A DNA stretch of 63,289 nucleotides, filler included, from Octopus bimaculoides (Eukaryota): the NCBI RefSeq assembly GCF_001194135.2. It is 4 parts of 4 records of this genome, joined end to end, with 100 filler letters (N's around TTAATTAATTAA, not from the genome) between each part and the next. Parts side by side here need not be neighbours in the genome. Positions count along the whole stretch, not along the records: positions 1 to 28,436 come from NC_068983.1; 3 more parts are not named here. One strand, given 5' to 3'. Below, piece by piece: positions 1 to 13,311 of the stretch; positions within the stretch are counted from its first letter, which is position 1; every line of letters starts with the position of its first letter. Below the pieces are notes generated by a model. That model had not been told where the DNA came from, made no database searches, and saw only the letters and a list, made by a program, of their open reading frames with translations. The position numbers and the translations under genes are program-made.

Positions 1-79
1 TATATATATATATATATATATATGCATACACATATATACATAAGGACATACATACTCTTGCATATATACAATATTTCTA

Positions 80-230
80 ATTTTGGCATTAGGCCAGCAA
101 TTGTAAAGAGAGGGTGAAGTCTATTACATCGACCGCAGTAGTCAACTGGTATTTTATCGATCCAGAAAGGATGATAGGCAAAGCCGACTTCGGTGGAATC
201 TGAACTCAGAACGCAAAGTGCCGATAACAT
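80..230 (-). mobile_element. SINE family A partial copy
   Basis: Reverse complement of the family A core (TTCTGAGTTCAGATTCC...GACTTCGGCTTTGCC). Confidence 0.75.
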
Positions 231-769
231 GTGCATACATGTGTATGTATGTTTACATACATAAATATATACATATATGTGTGTGTCTGTTTGTAAATAT
301 GCATATGTGTGCTGTTGTGTATGCGTGTGAGTATATGAACATGTGTGTGTGTATGCGTGTGTGTGTGTGTGTGTGTGTGCGTGTGTGCGCGCGCGGGCGT
401 GTGTGGGATATACATATCTGCAAAAGTAAATATGTAAGTGTATAAAACGCATATATTGCACATGCACACACGCATACACGCACACATACACGCACACAAA
501 CACACTCTCTCTTTCTTTTTCTCTCTCCTTTTCATTCTCTCTCTTTCTCTGTCTTTCACTTACCCCCTCTCTCTTTCTCTCTCTCACTCACACACACACA
601 TACGTATACACGCACATATTTAAATTAGGGTGCATGTTATTGGAATAGTCAAATGCTCGTTTACATGCATTGACAAAGTTAGTAGAAAGAACTCATAGAA
701 ATTCGTGTGTGTGTGTGTGTGCCTGTTTCTGTTAAACTGTGTCTAACCGTCAACATATGAGCTCCTTTC

Positions 770-900
770 CGCCGAGGTCGACTTTGCCTTTCATCCTTTC
801 AGGATCGATAAATTAAGTACAAGTTGCGTTTGAGGGTCGATCTAATCGACTGGCCCCCTCCCCAAACATTTTTGGTTTTGTGTCTAGAGTAGAAAAGAAT
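770..900 (+). mobile_element. SINE family A, 5'-truncated copy with TSD
   Basis: Family A core GAGGTCGACTTTGCCTTTCATCCTTTC; 15-bp TSD ATATGAGCTCCTTTC at 755-769 and 901-915. Confidence 0.9.
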
Positions 901-1151
901 ATATGAGCTCCTTTCAGCTCGTGTATGCAAACACTATCTACAGGTGTTGAAATCTTAAGAATGAAAAAGTAACATTTTTTCGGTCATAGCACGCATGTAT
1001 GTATGTATGAATATGTGTGTATATTAGTATACATACATACACACACACACACATATGCCTGTAGAAATATGTAAATATATCTATGAGTATGTATACCTAT
1101 GTATGTATAAATAATGCATACTAATATACGTGTGTATATATAAGCTCACGC

Positions 1152-1184
<33 letters not shown>

Positions 1185-2062
1185 TTTGTATATATCTATA
1201 TGAATGTATATTTAGGTATGTATTTATGAATATGTATATGTGTGTAAACGTAAGTATGTATGCCCTCTATAAGATTCATAATGTTGAAGAAAGACACTCG
1301 TTTCATTCATATATGCGTGCGTACTCACGCAAACATATATACTTGGACGAAATCATATATTCCATGAAATACATATGCAAGAGACAGACATGCACACATA
1401 CTGTTGCGCTCGTTTGTTCATACTTACCAATGAAGCAGAAGCGGCCGCAAGTTTTTCGTCCCCTCACACGAAGAGGGAGAAAGAAGCGAGAAAGAGAGCG
1501 AAAGTGTGAGAGAGAGAGAGAGATAGAGAGAGAGACAGGCAGAAAACTGAGTCTTAGAAAGTGATAGAAAACGCATGTAATTGAGAGAGAGAGAGAGAAA
1601 GCAGCTGACACGCCCGCAAATACATCTTGACAGAGCGACTTAAACCAACAGACAGGCCTCAGACGACATTACATTGGCTACAAAGAAATCCTAACAAAGG
1701 TTTCAGAGACAGAAAGACGCAAGTATGTTTACCTCAGCTTTTGTTACTCACAGACACCGACTGAATGTGAGCGTCCAGGGTTATGATCTCTAGTCAAGAC
1801 GGCTGCCTCCCCCTGAGACATATGACGACGCTCTGGCTAATAACTATTGGTGTTGTTATTGTTGTCGTTGTTCACTGTTCGTCGTCATTATTGTAGTCGT
1901 TGTCGTTGTCCTTGTCTTCTTGTTATTGTCGTCGATTTCGTGTTGTCGCAGTTGTCGGTCACTAGCGATCTTCAATGTCATTATTTTGGGCTTTGCACTT
2001 GCTGTTGTGAAAGTAACAATTTCCTTTACTACTACTACCACTACTACTACTACTACTACTAG

Positions 2063-2110
<48 letters not shown>

Positions 2111-2386
2111 TATAAAGTAGTCTGATATAGTCACCTCTACCACTACCACCGGTCGATGTGTATGAAGTATGTATTGCATGTACGCTTAGTGAATGTGGTT
2201 GTTTGTACATCACTTTAACCATGTGTTACTAATTACATACAACATTAGTCATCATGTCATTTTCTTGCAGCAAATTCCCGTGTCCTACATTAATATGTAA
2301 AAGTTTAAACATCTATTGCTCGCTTTAGTTGCAATTTAGATACGACTTTCTCTCTCGTTCTCGCTCTCTTTCTTTCTTTCTCTCAC

Positions 2387-2452
<66 letters not shown>

Positions 2453-2745
2453 ACAAGCAAAAGTTTATAAATGCATAACTCATAAAAAAAAAACAACTTA
2501 AAGATCCTTTCATGTTCATTATTTTAAATTTTATGCTGATGAAAGCAATCATCAGACGGCTAATCAATATAATGACATATGAATGGACTGAGGATCGTAT
2601 GCGACAGATATTGGTAAATGTTTATGTTTAGATTTAGCTTAGTTTATTTGCCTCGAGTTTATACAGTGCTGGCGAATCCAAATAAGAATGAAATAGAATT
2701 ATATATGGCTACCAACGAATAGAAACTCAGATTTTTATTACGTGT

Positions 2746-2793
<48 letters not shown>

Positions 2794-3882
2794 NNNNNNN
2801 NNNNNNNNNNNNNNNNNNNNNNNNNNNNNNNNNNNNNNNNNNNNNNNNNNNNNNNNNNNNNNNNNNNNNNNNNNNNNNNNNNNNNNNNNNNNNNNNNNNN
2901 NNNNNNNNNNNNNNNNNNNNNNNNNNNNNNNNNNNNNNNNNNNNNNNNNNNNNNNNNNNNNNNNNNNNNNNNNNNNNNNNNNNNNNNNNNNNNNNNNNNN
3001 NNNNNNNNNNNNNNNNNNNNNNNNNNNNNNNNNNNNNNNNNNNNNNNNNNNNNNNNNNNNNNNNNNNNNNNNNNNNNNNNNNNNNNNNNNNNNNNNNNNN
3101 NNNNNNNNNNNNNNNNNNNNNNNNNNNNNNNNNNNNNNNNNNNNNNNNNNNNNNNNNNNNNNNNNNNNNNNNNNNNNNNNNNNNCACAGACACGTGTACC
3201 CTTAACGTAGTTCTCGGGAATATTCAGCGTGACACAGTGTGACAAGGCTGACCCTTTCAATTACAGGCACAACAGAAACAGGAAGTAAGAGTGAGAGAAA
3301 GTTGTGGTGGAAGAGTACAGCAGGGTTCGCCACCATCCCCTGCCGGAGCCTCGTGGAGCTTTAGGTGTTTTCGCTCAATAAACACTCACAACGCCCGGTC
3401 TGAGAATCGAAACCACGATCCTAACCACTGAGCCATTGCGCCTCCACACACACACACACACACACGCACACACACACACACATATATATATACATACAAA
3501 CACATACAAACACACATACATCAATATATACGCATACATACACACATTCAAACGCACGCAAGCACCCACACACATATACATATATGAAGAAATGAATGAG
3601 AGTAAACAAGAGTTACGTAATCACTTACATTAGCAGCGCTGTTTCTGTTACCCGGAACCGATCTCCCAGAATTGAGTGCGAATGAAACGCAGCTTCTTCA
3701 GAGCTATTTCGATGAATTTCTTCTTAATGAGGTAAACATGCAAATATATATATATATACCCGCTCCCATTGATTGCACCTAGTATAGCACTAGTGTAGCA
3801 ATAATTGGGTACCCTCCCAGCAGTATACTGGATAGATACTATCCCTTAGTGGGTTGAACCCCCAACCCCTAACTCTCTCACG

Positions 3883-3916
<34 letters not shown>

Positions 3917-4289
3917 GTATGTATGTATGTATATTGGCTCACATAGACACGCAAATAATGTAATAGAATTAGGTGGATATAATAAATTACTGAGATGTAA
4001 GTACAGAAGAGACACGCGCACAGAGATACACACACACACTCGGATATATATACACACATGCGCGTGGATGAGTCCTTATCTTCAATACATTTTTAGTTTC
4101 TGTTTTGACAGAAAAATTTGTAGCGTTCGCATCACTAGGCGTAGCATTCTTTCCTATTCACTACATTTCAGATTTGGACCTGATATTTAAAGTGTGTTCT
4201 ACTTACGTTAACTATAACCGCTTCCGTTATTTATTCTATGCTCCATGCAAGATTAGCATTCATCTATTCGTTTTCTGCAATGTAGAGAA

Positions 4290-4445
4290 CTGGTATAATT
4301 GTTAGCACTCCTGACAGAATGTTTAGCGGTATTTTTCTAGTTTTGCGTTCTGAGTTCGAATGCCACTGACGTCGAACTTGCCGATCTTCCTTTTGGAATC
4401 GATAAAATAAAGTACCAGTCACTAACTGTAGTCGATGTAATCGAC
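4290..4445 (+). mobile_element. SINE family A copy
   Basis: GTTAGCAC...TTTAGCGGTATTT...GTTCTGAGTTCGAAT...GATAAAATAAAGTACCAG. Other degenerate copies lie at about 20690-20890 (+) and 22200-22420 (-). Confidence 0.75.
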
Positions 4446-4905
4446 GTATCTTCTTCCACAAAAATTTGTGCCTGCTTTTGTGCCTTCTTCCACAAAAATG
4501 ATTGGCCTTGTTCCAAAATAAGAAAGAATTTACCAGTTTTCTGGGAACTGAAGTTCTAAAAGGGCCAAAATTGATCAAAAGCTTTCAATGCAGTATGGAC
4601 ACAATGTTTCATCACTTTGGATTGTCTAAAAGGGAAGCAATTGGTGCAAGCCCTACTTCATTTCTGAGACGAAAACATTTTATTTTCTTAGAGAATAAGA
4701 AAAATTATGCAAAGTTGAATCAATTTGTTGAAAATCAAGAAGTCTTTTGAAAATGTAGTCATTTCTTTTAAAATATTTTTCTAGCAAAAAATATTTTAAA
4801 AAGCAATTAGATTACACAAAGCTGTGGAGCGACTATGGTCAATATACTGAGAGCGACGGTTTAGCAATTTAATGGACTGTTCAAGTTCAAACCTGCTTCC
4901 ATAGT

Positions 4906-4973
<68 letters not shown>

Positions 4974-5204
4974 NNNNNNNNNNGACAGACAAATTGACAG
5001 AGATTATGCTATGTGACGTGCGCTCAATATACACACAACGCCCGGCCTGGGAATCGAAACCGCGATCCTATGACCGCGAGTTAATTTTTGCACCAATGAA
5101 AAAGTTGATAATGTATTACGGGTATTGCTTAATATACAGATCTATACAAACATATACATTTGTAACGAACTGAAAGAATAAGTACTCAACATAAATCGGC
5201 GAAT

Positions 5205-5597
5205 AAATTGTTGTTGTTGGCACTCCGTCACTTACGACGTCGAGGGTTCCAGTCGATCCCACCAACGGAACAGCCTGCTCGTGAAATTAACGTGCAAGTG
5301 GCTGAGCATTCCACAGACACGTGTACCCTTAACGTAGTTCTCGGGGATATTCAGCGTGACACAGTGTGACAAGGCTAACCCTTTCAATTACAGGCACAAC
5401 AGAAACAGGAAGAAAGAGTGAGAGAAAGTTGTGGTGAAAGAGTACAGCAGGGTTCGCCACCATCTACTGCCGGAGCCTCTGGAGCTTTTAGGTGTTTTCG
5501 CTCAATAAACACTAACAACGCCCGGTCTGGGAATCGAAACCGCGATCCTATGAACACGAGTCCGCTGCCCAAAGCACTGGGCCATTGTGCCTCCACA
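5205..5597 (-). mobile_element. SINE family B full copy (other copies: 3186-3447 -, 5000-5075 -, 16843-17190 +)
   Basis: High identity by eye among these copies; the B-box GGTTTCGATTCCC is in the head and there is an (AAC)n tail. Confidence 0.9.
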
Positions 5598-6133
5598 CAA
5601 TATATGTATACAGCTCATGTTATACTTCTTTGATGCACAAGACATTCAATACCAGATAAGAGTATCATTCATATGCTTTCATGCATACAAGGGGAAATTT
5701 CTGCGTAACTCCAGTTTCTGTATATTTAAACAAATCAAATAAAATAACTGATCAAATAAAATTTTAAGTGATTTAATTTATTAAAGATAAATTTTACTCA
5801 TTTGATCAGAAGCGTGTACCTGGACAGGAATAGTCAGGAGTGTTGTGATCTTTTAAGAGCGGAGTGCAACGAAACTCTAGTCTCTGGACATCCGTTATTC
5901 TGACAGATAATCAAATGAATACATAAATGCGCGTGTACGTGCATGAGTGCATGTGTGTGTATGTGTGCGTGTGTGTGTGTGTGTGAGAGAGAGAGAGTGT
6001 GTGTTTGTGTGTGAGAGAGAGAGAGAGTGTGTGTGTGAGAGAGAGAGAGTGTGTGTGTGAGAGAGAGTGTGTGTGTGAGAGAGAAAGAGTGTGTGTGAGA
6101 GAGAGAGAGAGTGTATGTGTGAGAGAGAGAGTA

Positions 6134-6168
<35 letters not shown>

Positions 6169-8704
6169 AGGCATGCGTGTTTGTGCATGTATAAGCACAC
6201 ACACACATACGCATAGGTCAGAAGATATGAGGCGAATATATATTTAACCAAGTGACTTCCATAGGATTATGTATGTGTATACACACACACACACACACAC
6301 ATTTATGACTGTCTGCTTGTCTGTATATATGTGTGTGTGTATGTATGCATGCATCTATGTATCTACGTATCTCTGTATTCATGTGCACACACACATCACA
6401 CGCATAAAAAGTTTTTTTAACCGAAATCCTGTTTAAATTCCATAATGGCTTGGATTCAAAAATTAATTGAATCCTACAATTTCAACATAAAAAAAACAAC
6501 AAAATAAATGAATATATAAATAAAAAATTATTCCTAAAAACAAAAAGTCATGCAAAAGATTGATAATGAAGTAACGTTAATACAGAGAGGTTTAATTGAA
6601 GTTGTATAATAATGCGAGGGAGTTAAATAATCTTTTGAGTTCTCTTTTCCGAAATTCTGTTAAAACATTCACATCGAAAAGATAAGGTTTTCAAATGTGA
6701 AAATAGCATTAATTCTCAACACTGACATATCGGAGACTCCCATTCAAAAAATACTAAAATCATCGAAATCTCCTGAGGAGACAAGATGTCTAAGAATCAG
6801 CGACTTTATAATTTTGAGCACATCCACAATTACACAGTGCATACATGTACACGCTTATGTTTATAATATGTGAGTGTGTTTGACCATTGAAATATATAAG
6901 AACATAAGAAGGTCGAAAGTTTTTGTATTTCTGTTTGTGTATATCTGAACGCCATACATGTTTATATATGTATATTTGCGTTTAGTTGTGTGTTTGTGTG
7001 TTTGTATGTGTATCAATGTATATTGTATTTGCATTAACCTATACTCTGGCACACTTTTCCATTTCTCTTTTCTACATTATTACCTTTACTTTATATTTAA
7101 GAAAGCACCTGCCTTCGGTCTTCAGATCTCAGTGCAGACTTACTGACAACTAGCGGCATCAATAGCTGTTCTGTGAACAACTAAGCCCTACTAACTAGTC
7201 AGCTTATCCTTGGTAAATATTTTCCATTAAGGTTAATCTCCCCACTTGATCTCTTTTACAGAACACCACATAGCTGACTTTCATTGTAACCGGTAATAAA
7301 TTGAATCAAGACGCCAGTAACGACTTTTTAAGACCAGTGTAAAGCTCTCAATAATAGGAACAACAATAACAGCAACAACATCAGCAGCAGATACAAGAGC
7401 AGAGCAAAAGTAGCAGCTGAGCAGCCAGGCTTGTTGAGAATGCTAACATTTAAGTCTGGCTCAGGTTGGACGGCGGCTGTGTTGAACGAAATGAAAATGA
7501 GATGGACTAAGATAAAGACAAATGAATAAAAAGGTAAATAGATTGATAACTAACTAAACAATAAAATACAATAATTTATCATTTCCTTCTCTTTGTTATG
7601 GTTCCCTCTGATACAGAAGTGTTTGCCGAAGATTTCGTTTTACTGATATGCCACCAAATCTTTTATGTAAAACCGTTTTGTCTATCAAAATCTACAACTG
7701 CACCGGCAAAAACAATCAAAATAATTGTTACTTAGATGTTTTTTCACTAATTAAAAACTATTCCTGCCGTATGAAGGTATGCCTCATTAACCACTTTTGA
7801 ATGTTGTCGTTGTCATTTATACGAATCTAGGATAACAATGCCGTCTAAAGATAAGGACACGTCACACTGATCAGTTCGCTGAGGATCGCCATGATTCTAG
7901 GGGCTCAAGCTAATTTATATGGTCTAGGTATTACGCAGGGATCCCCAGTGTATTACTTGACTCGAGTACTTATAATGCTGTTTAAGTGATCCTAAGAATA
8001 GATAAGCTTTTGGTAAGCCAGAACTGCAATCTATTTTCGATTGTTGAGTTATGCTAATTTCTTCTCTCCACATGACAATAAGCAATGAGAAATGTATGAA
8101 TATATCACAGTATATCTTTTTCTGCCCATATAAATATGAGGTCGTGAATCTTGTCAAAAGTAGATTGCTGTAAGATACGGACAGTCTCATGTATGTAATA
8201 TAGCGAATAAAAAAAATCTGTGGCGGCTATCTCATTGAAATGTGTATGGCAATAACATGGCTTAAAATATCAACAACTATTGCTTGATTGGAGTTAACTC
8301 TATTAAGCTTTAATGTATTCTGATACTCGTTAATTCCTTACTGAATACTGTACTTTCAAACGACAGATGCAACCTTTAATGATTGAAGTACAGAAATAAC
8401 TAAATCACAGTTATTTTTGCTACGGTTGTTTTTGCTGAAATCAGATTACTAAAAGTCAAAACCTCTGTATTATTTACACCTACTCTTAATGAAATATGTA
8501 TATTATTTAATTAACCAAGTGTTGGATGTGATGAAAGTAGTAATAGATTTTAGTCTCACTAGCTAAATATTCGCCAAGATCGACACAGTTGTATTTATCC
8601 ACCTGGGGTTGTTGATCGATTCCTTTTCTTTTATTCGCGACAAGTCATGTGTGCTAGAAATGACAGAAATATTTCACCAAATCGTATCCTAATATATTAA
8701 AAAG

Positions 8705-8995
8705 TGGAGGCGTATGGCCTGGTGGTTGGAGCAGCGAACTCGCGGTCGAGGGATCGCGGTTTCGAATCTCATACCGGGCGAGGTGTGTGTTTATGAGCTA
8801 AATATCTAAGCTCCTCCGGCAGAAAGTAATGGCGAACTTCGGCTGAATCTTTCGCCACAACTTTCTCTCACTCTTTCCTCCTGCATCTAGCATCTCAGCT
8901 GCGACGGACCGGCGTCCCGTCCAGGTGGGGAACCTATACGCCAATGAAACTGGGAAAACCGGCCCTTATGAGCCAGGCATGACTCCAGAAGGAAC
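8705..8995 (+). mobile_element. SINE with family B head and a different 3' module
   Basis: Same head and body to CACAACTTTCTCTCACTCTT, then GGCGTCCCGTCCAGGTGGGG...GAAGGAACAAAAC instead of the family B tail. Confidence 0.8.
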
Positions 8996-10169
8996 AAAAC
9001 AAAACAACAACATATTAAAAAAGAAGCAATACATAAGATAATGTATTCTTAGATACATGAACCGACTGGTAAGTCAGCGTTTGAACACCCTTGATTGTAA
9101 GTATTCTCGATGACAACTGAACGAACACTAAACTACAACAACAAACGCAGCAAACTTATCCGATCCCAGTTTTAAAAGTAAGTTGATAAACCAAAATTGG
9201 TTGATGAGAGATATAGCTGAGCTTTGAGCTGAATCTCTGATATTTTATCACATTACCCTGTGATCTGAATTTAAATTTCACCGTATATATATAAATATAT
9301 ATAAATACATATTATATATATATANNNNNNNNNNNNNNNNNNNNNNNNNNNNNNNNNNNNNNNNNNNNNNNNNNNNNNNNNNNNNNNNNNNNNNNNNNNN
9401 NNNNNNNNNNNNNNNNNNNNNNNNNNNNNNNNNNNNNNNNNNNNNNNNNNNNNNNNNNNNNNNNNNNNNNNNNNNNNNNNNNNNNNNNNNNNNNNNNNNN
9501 NNNNNNNNNNNNNNNNNNNNNNNNNNNNNNNNNNNNNNNNNNNNNNNNNNNNNNNNNNNNNNNNNNNNNNNNNNNNNNNNNNNNNNNNNNNNNNNNNNNN
9601 NNNNNNNNNNNNNNNNNNNNNNNNNNNNNNNNNNNNNNNNNNNNNNNNNNNNNNNNNNNNNNNNNNNNNNNNNNNNNNNNNNNNNNNNNNNNNNNNNNNN
9701 NNNNNNNNNNNNNNNNNNNNNNNNNNNNNNNNNNNNNNNNNNNNNNNNNNNNNNNNNNNNNNNNNNNNNNNNNNNNNNNNNNNNNNNNNNNNNNNNNNNN
9801 NNNNNNNNNNNNNNNNNNNNNNNNNNNNNNNNNNNNNNNNNNNNNNNNNNNNNNNNNNNNNNNNNNNNNNNNNNNNNNNNNNNNNNNNNNNNNNNNNNNN
9901 NNNNNNNNNNNNNNNNNNNNNNNNNNNNNNNNNNNNNNNNNNNNNNNNNNNNNNNNNNNNNNNNNNNNNNNNNNNNNNNNNNNNNNNNNNNNNNNNNNNN
10001 NNNNNNNNNNNNNNNNNNNNNNNNNNNNNNNNNNNNNNNNNTATATATATAAACATGTACTTTTACTTGTTTCAGTCAAATGACTGCGGCCGTTCTTTGC
10101 GTATTCAACTCGTTTATTTTCGTACTTTACGTTGTTTACAGTTGGTGACGTCCTGTACCCATATATGCA

Positions 10170-10410
10170 AATGTATGTGAGGAATCTGCACAAAGTAGAT
10201 GTAGGAGTTTTTAAATCAAAGCTGGACCTCTTCCTATCGAGAGTCCCAGATGAACCTACCTCGCGGCAGGAGGTGCAAATGAGGGTTGCTAAATCAAACT
10301 CCATTCTTCACCAAGTGCCACATATTGTAACAGGCTCCCTGTAATAACAGTGCAGCAACATGGTGGTGCATCAGCATGGCCGCAGCTCTAAGCTGAAACT
10401 TTAAAAAAAT
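10170..10410 (+). mobile_element. CR1/L2-like LINE 3' end
   Basis: LHKVDVGVFKSKLDLFLSRVPDEPT...AKSNSILHQV is a typical C-terminus of this group. It is followed by a UTR containing CAGCATGGCCGCAG..CTGAAAC and an A tail. Confidence 0.65.
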
Positions 10411-10436
10411 ATTTAGAAGCCTATTAGAGTTAGAAT

Positions 10437-10500
<64 letters not shown>

Positions 10501-10501
<1 letters not shown>

Positions 10502-11736
10502 TCTGTTTAAAAAGTGAAACACCTCTCTACTAATAACTGTCGCTGTTTTAAACTCTACTACTACAACCTGAACAGGTCACTCTTGTTAACTCAACTTACT
10601 CTTACATACTGGATAACTCAAGTATTCTTAACTTACATCAACCAACATTGATTGACCTTACCGTCATGCGTAATGCATGAGATGTGACTATGTATGCAAT
10701 TATGTATATTTGCATATGTGTATGTGGATATAAATTCAGTTTCGTTCAATTTTAGAAAATTTTTCAAATGTGTTGTGTATGTGTGAATAATTATACATAA
10801 TTAATTGCTATTATCCCAGAAGAATTTTTATTAATTTGTGATAGATTAATATGTTAGTACATGCAACATTTAAACCCTAATTAAGGAAAATAAGCACACA
10901 TGCAATCATGAGCGCCTAACATATGTGTTCGTACGGGTGTGCATTTGTGTGCGTGCGCGCGCGCGTGTGAGTGTGTGTTTGTGTGGTAAACCACCGAATA
11001 ATGTTTGCTATTTAGCAAAAGTAGCTTATCCTCTCGCAGTTAAATCGTTGACAGATCTCAGTATAAATGTTGTTATCGAAGTAGAAGTTCAAGAAAGCAC
11101 AGACTAGATGATTATATCTAATTTGAGTGAGGAGAAACAGTAAACTTCATGTAATGTTTGGTTGCACGTTTTGTGTACAACTACATCAAAATCATTATAG
11201 TCTATGGGTGTAGCAATTATAATAGAAGATCCTTTGACCAGCTATAATTATTCAAATATGCCACTTTATCGTTCCATCCCTTCTATATCCCTTTACATAA
11301 CCGGAAGCATCCTCAGAACTGTCATCTCGGAAATGGACACATTGTTGAAAACGGATCTGAATAAGTAGTGTATAATAGAATAATTATCTTATAAGGTTGC
11401 TAAACGCGAAGTTAAAATTTGAGCCCCGAAGTTCAGTGATTCATTACAATTTTATTCGGAATACACGAACACTAACTAATTCAAGCATTCGGTTAGTGGT
11501 CTTAGTTCAGAGAGCGTCGATCAATTTAAATGATTTCCTCAATGTCTACCATAATTAATAAATGCAAGGGGCAATTTTTTTCGAAGATATCATTGAGACA
11601 TCAGTAAAAGAAATATGAGTTCGATTCCCAATTGACGCTCGAGTTTGAGTCACTTATGGTTGTTTTGTGTTTACAAACACATGCGCACACGTAAGCAAGC
11701 ACGCAAAGACAGACAAACAGATGTATATAGATAAAT

Positions 11737-11771
<35 letters not shown>

Positions 11772-12916
11772 TAGATAGATACCCAAGATTCTGTTTAAAA
11801 AGTGAAGCACCTCTATACTAATAAAAACATTCTCGTTGAAGTATATTAATACGTACTTATAAAATAGTTTTGCACGTTTAGTGTAATGTATAAATGCAAT
11901 ATTCGATAATACATAAATATTAAATTTGTAAATAGATAAAAGAAATCAAGAATCTCTCACAATCGTTAGACATATATATGGTCAATTGAATTAATCTAGT
12001 ACGTGACTAGTTTTATTTCAGACTCGGGGCGATAAGTTTATGTTCATCATGGCGCATTTTAAACAGAACATAGAGGACTAGAAATAAAAATATTTTAAAA
12101 AATACATTTAATTGTTCCTGTTACACCACTGCGTAATATGACAAATATTAGTAAGTACACATATTCACATGTATTCATGAGGGCAAGAGAGCGCGTGCAT
12201 AAAAAACAATCATTCGTTTTCTCTTCACAAATTTGATGAATATTGAATAGAACTGAGATAGAAAATAACGAAGAAATATTGTATAAATGGGGATAGAAAG
12301 AGAAAAAGATGTGGTCATATGTTGAAAAGAAGTCTTTTCTTTTCTTATTGACCTGACACACCCTGTTAGGAAAAAAATATTACCTTTTGATATAAATAAC
12401 TGTTTCAAATGTTGATAGAAAGGAGCGTTACAGTGTTATCAGGTGTGTATGAGAGAGAACGACAGAATTTTACATCAAATACAGATTTGTATTCACTGTC
12501 TATTGAAGAGGAAACAATAAAAGGTACTGTCGCTGTTTTAAACTCTACTACTACAACCTGAACAGGTCACTCTTGTTAACTCAACTTACTGTTACATACT
12601 AGATATCTCAAGTTTTCTTAACTTACATCAACCAACATTGATTGACCTATACCGTCATGCGTGATGCATGAGATGTGACTGTGTAGGCAATGGTGTATGT
12701 ACGTATGTATGTACGTATGTATGTACGTATGTATGTACGTACGTATATTTACATACGTACGTATGTACGTACGTATATTTACATACGTACGTATGTACGT
12801 ACGTATATTTACATACGTATATTAACGTACGTATATTTACATATGTGTATGTGGATATAAATTCAGTTTCGTTCAATTTTATAGAATTTTTAAAATGTGT
12901 TGTGTATGTGTGAATA
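10501..12916. repeat. Local direct duplication (10501-10789 versus 11789-11824 plus 12527-12916)
   Basis: The same unique sequence follows an (ATAG)n tract twice; the second copy has 702 extra bp (11825-12526). Confidence 0.9.
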
Positions 12917-13277
12917 TATATATATAATTAATTTTTTTTAAAAAACGGAGAAAAAAGACAACAAAAAAAAACAACAACACTAGGATTTAGCACATACAAA
13001 GTTTTAATAAGACGCTCAGAGAAAGAATAGGGTGGTTGCTTTACGTTTCGGGAAAAGCTCTTCTTCGGAAACAGGAAACATAGGAGAGTCCGAAGGAAAA
13101 GGGAGAAGGAGGAAAAAATCGCCAACAGTCCACGTGTAGGTATATTTTTGAAAAATATATAGGCGCAGGCGTGGCTGTGTGGTAAGTAGCTTGCTTACCA
13201 ACCACATGGTTCTGGATTCAGTCCCACTACGTGGCACGGGCCGACCAAAGCCTTGTGAGTGGATGTGTATAATATAT

Positions 13278-13311
<34 letters not shown>

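Noticed and set aside
2540-2613. MKAIIRRLINIMTYEWTEDRMRQIL followed by gtaaat as a channel N-terminal exon
   Set aside because: Weak acceptor, no family motif, and the boundary does not match the known exon structure.
4445-4900. Possible Tc1/mariner transposase remnant; similar hints at about 24160-24800 and a TIR-like start at about 49585
   Set aside because: Motifs are too degraded to support a call by eye.
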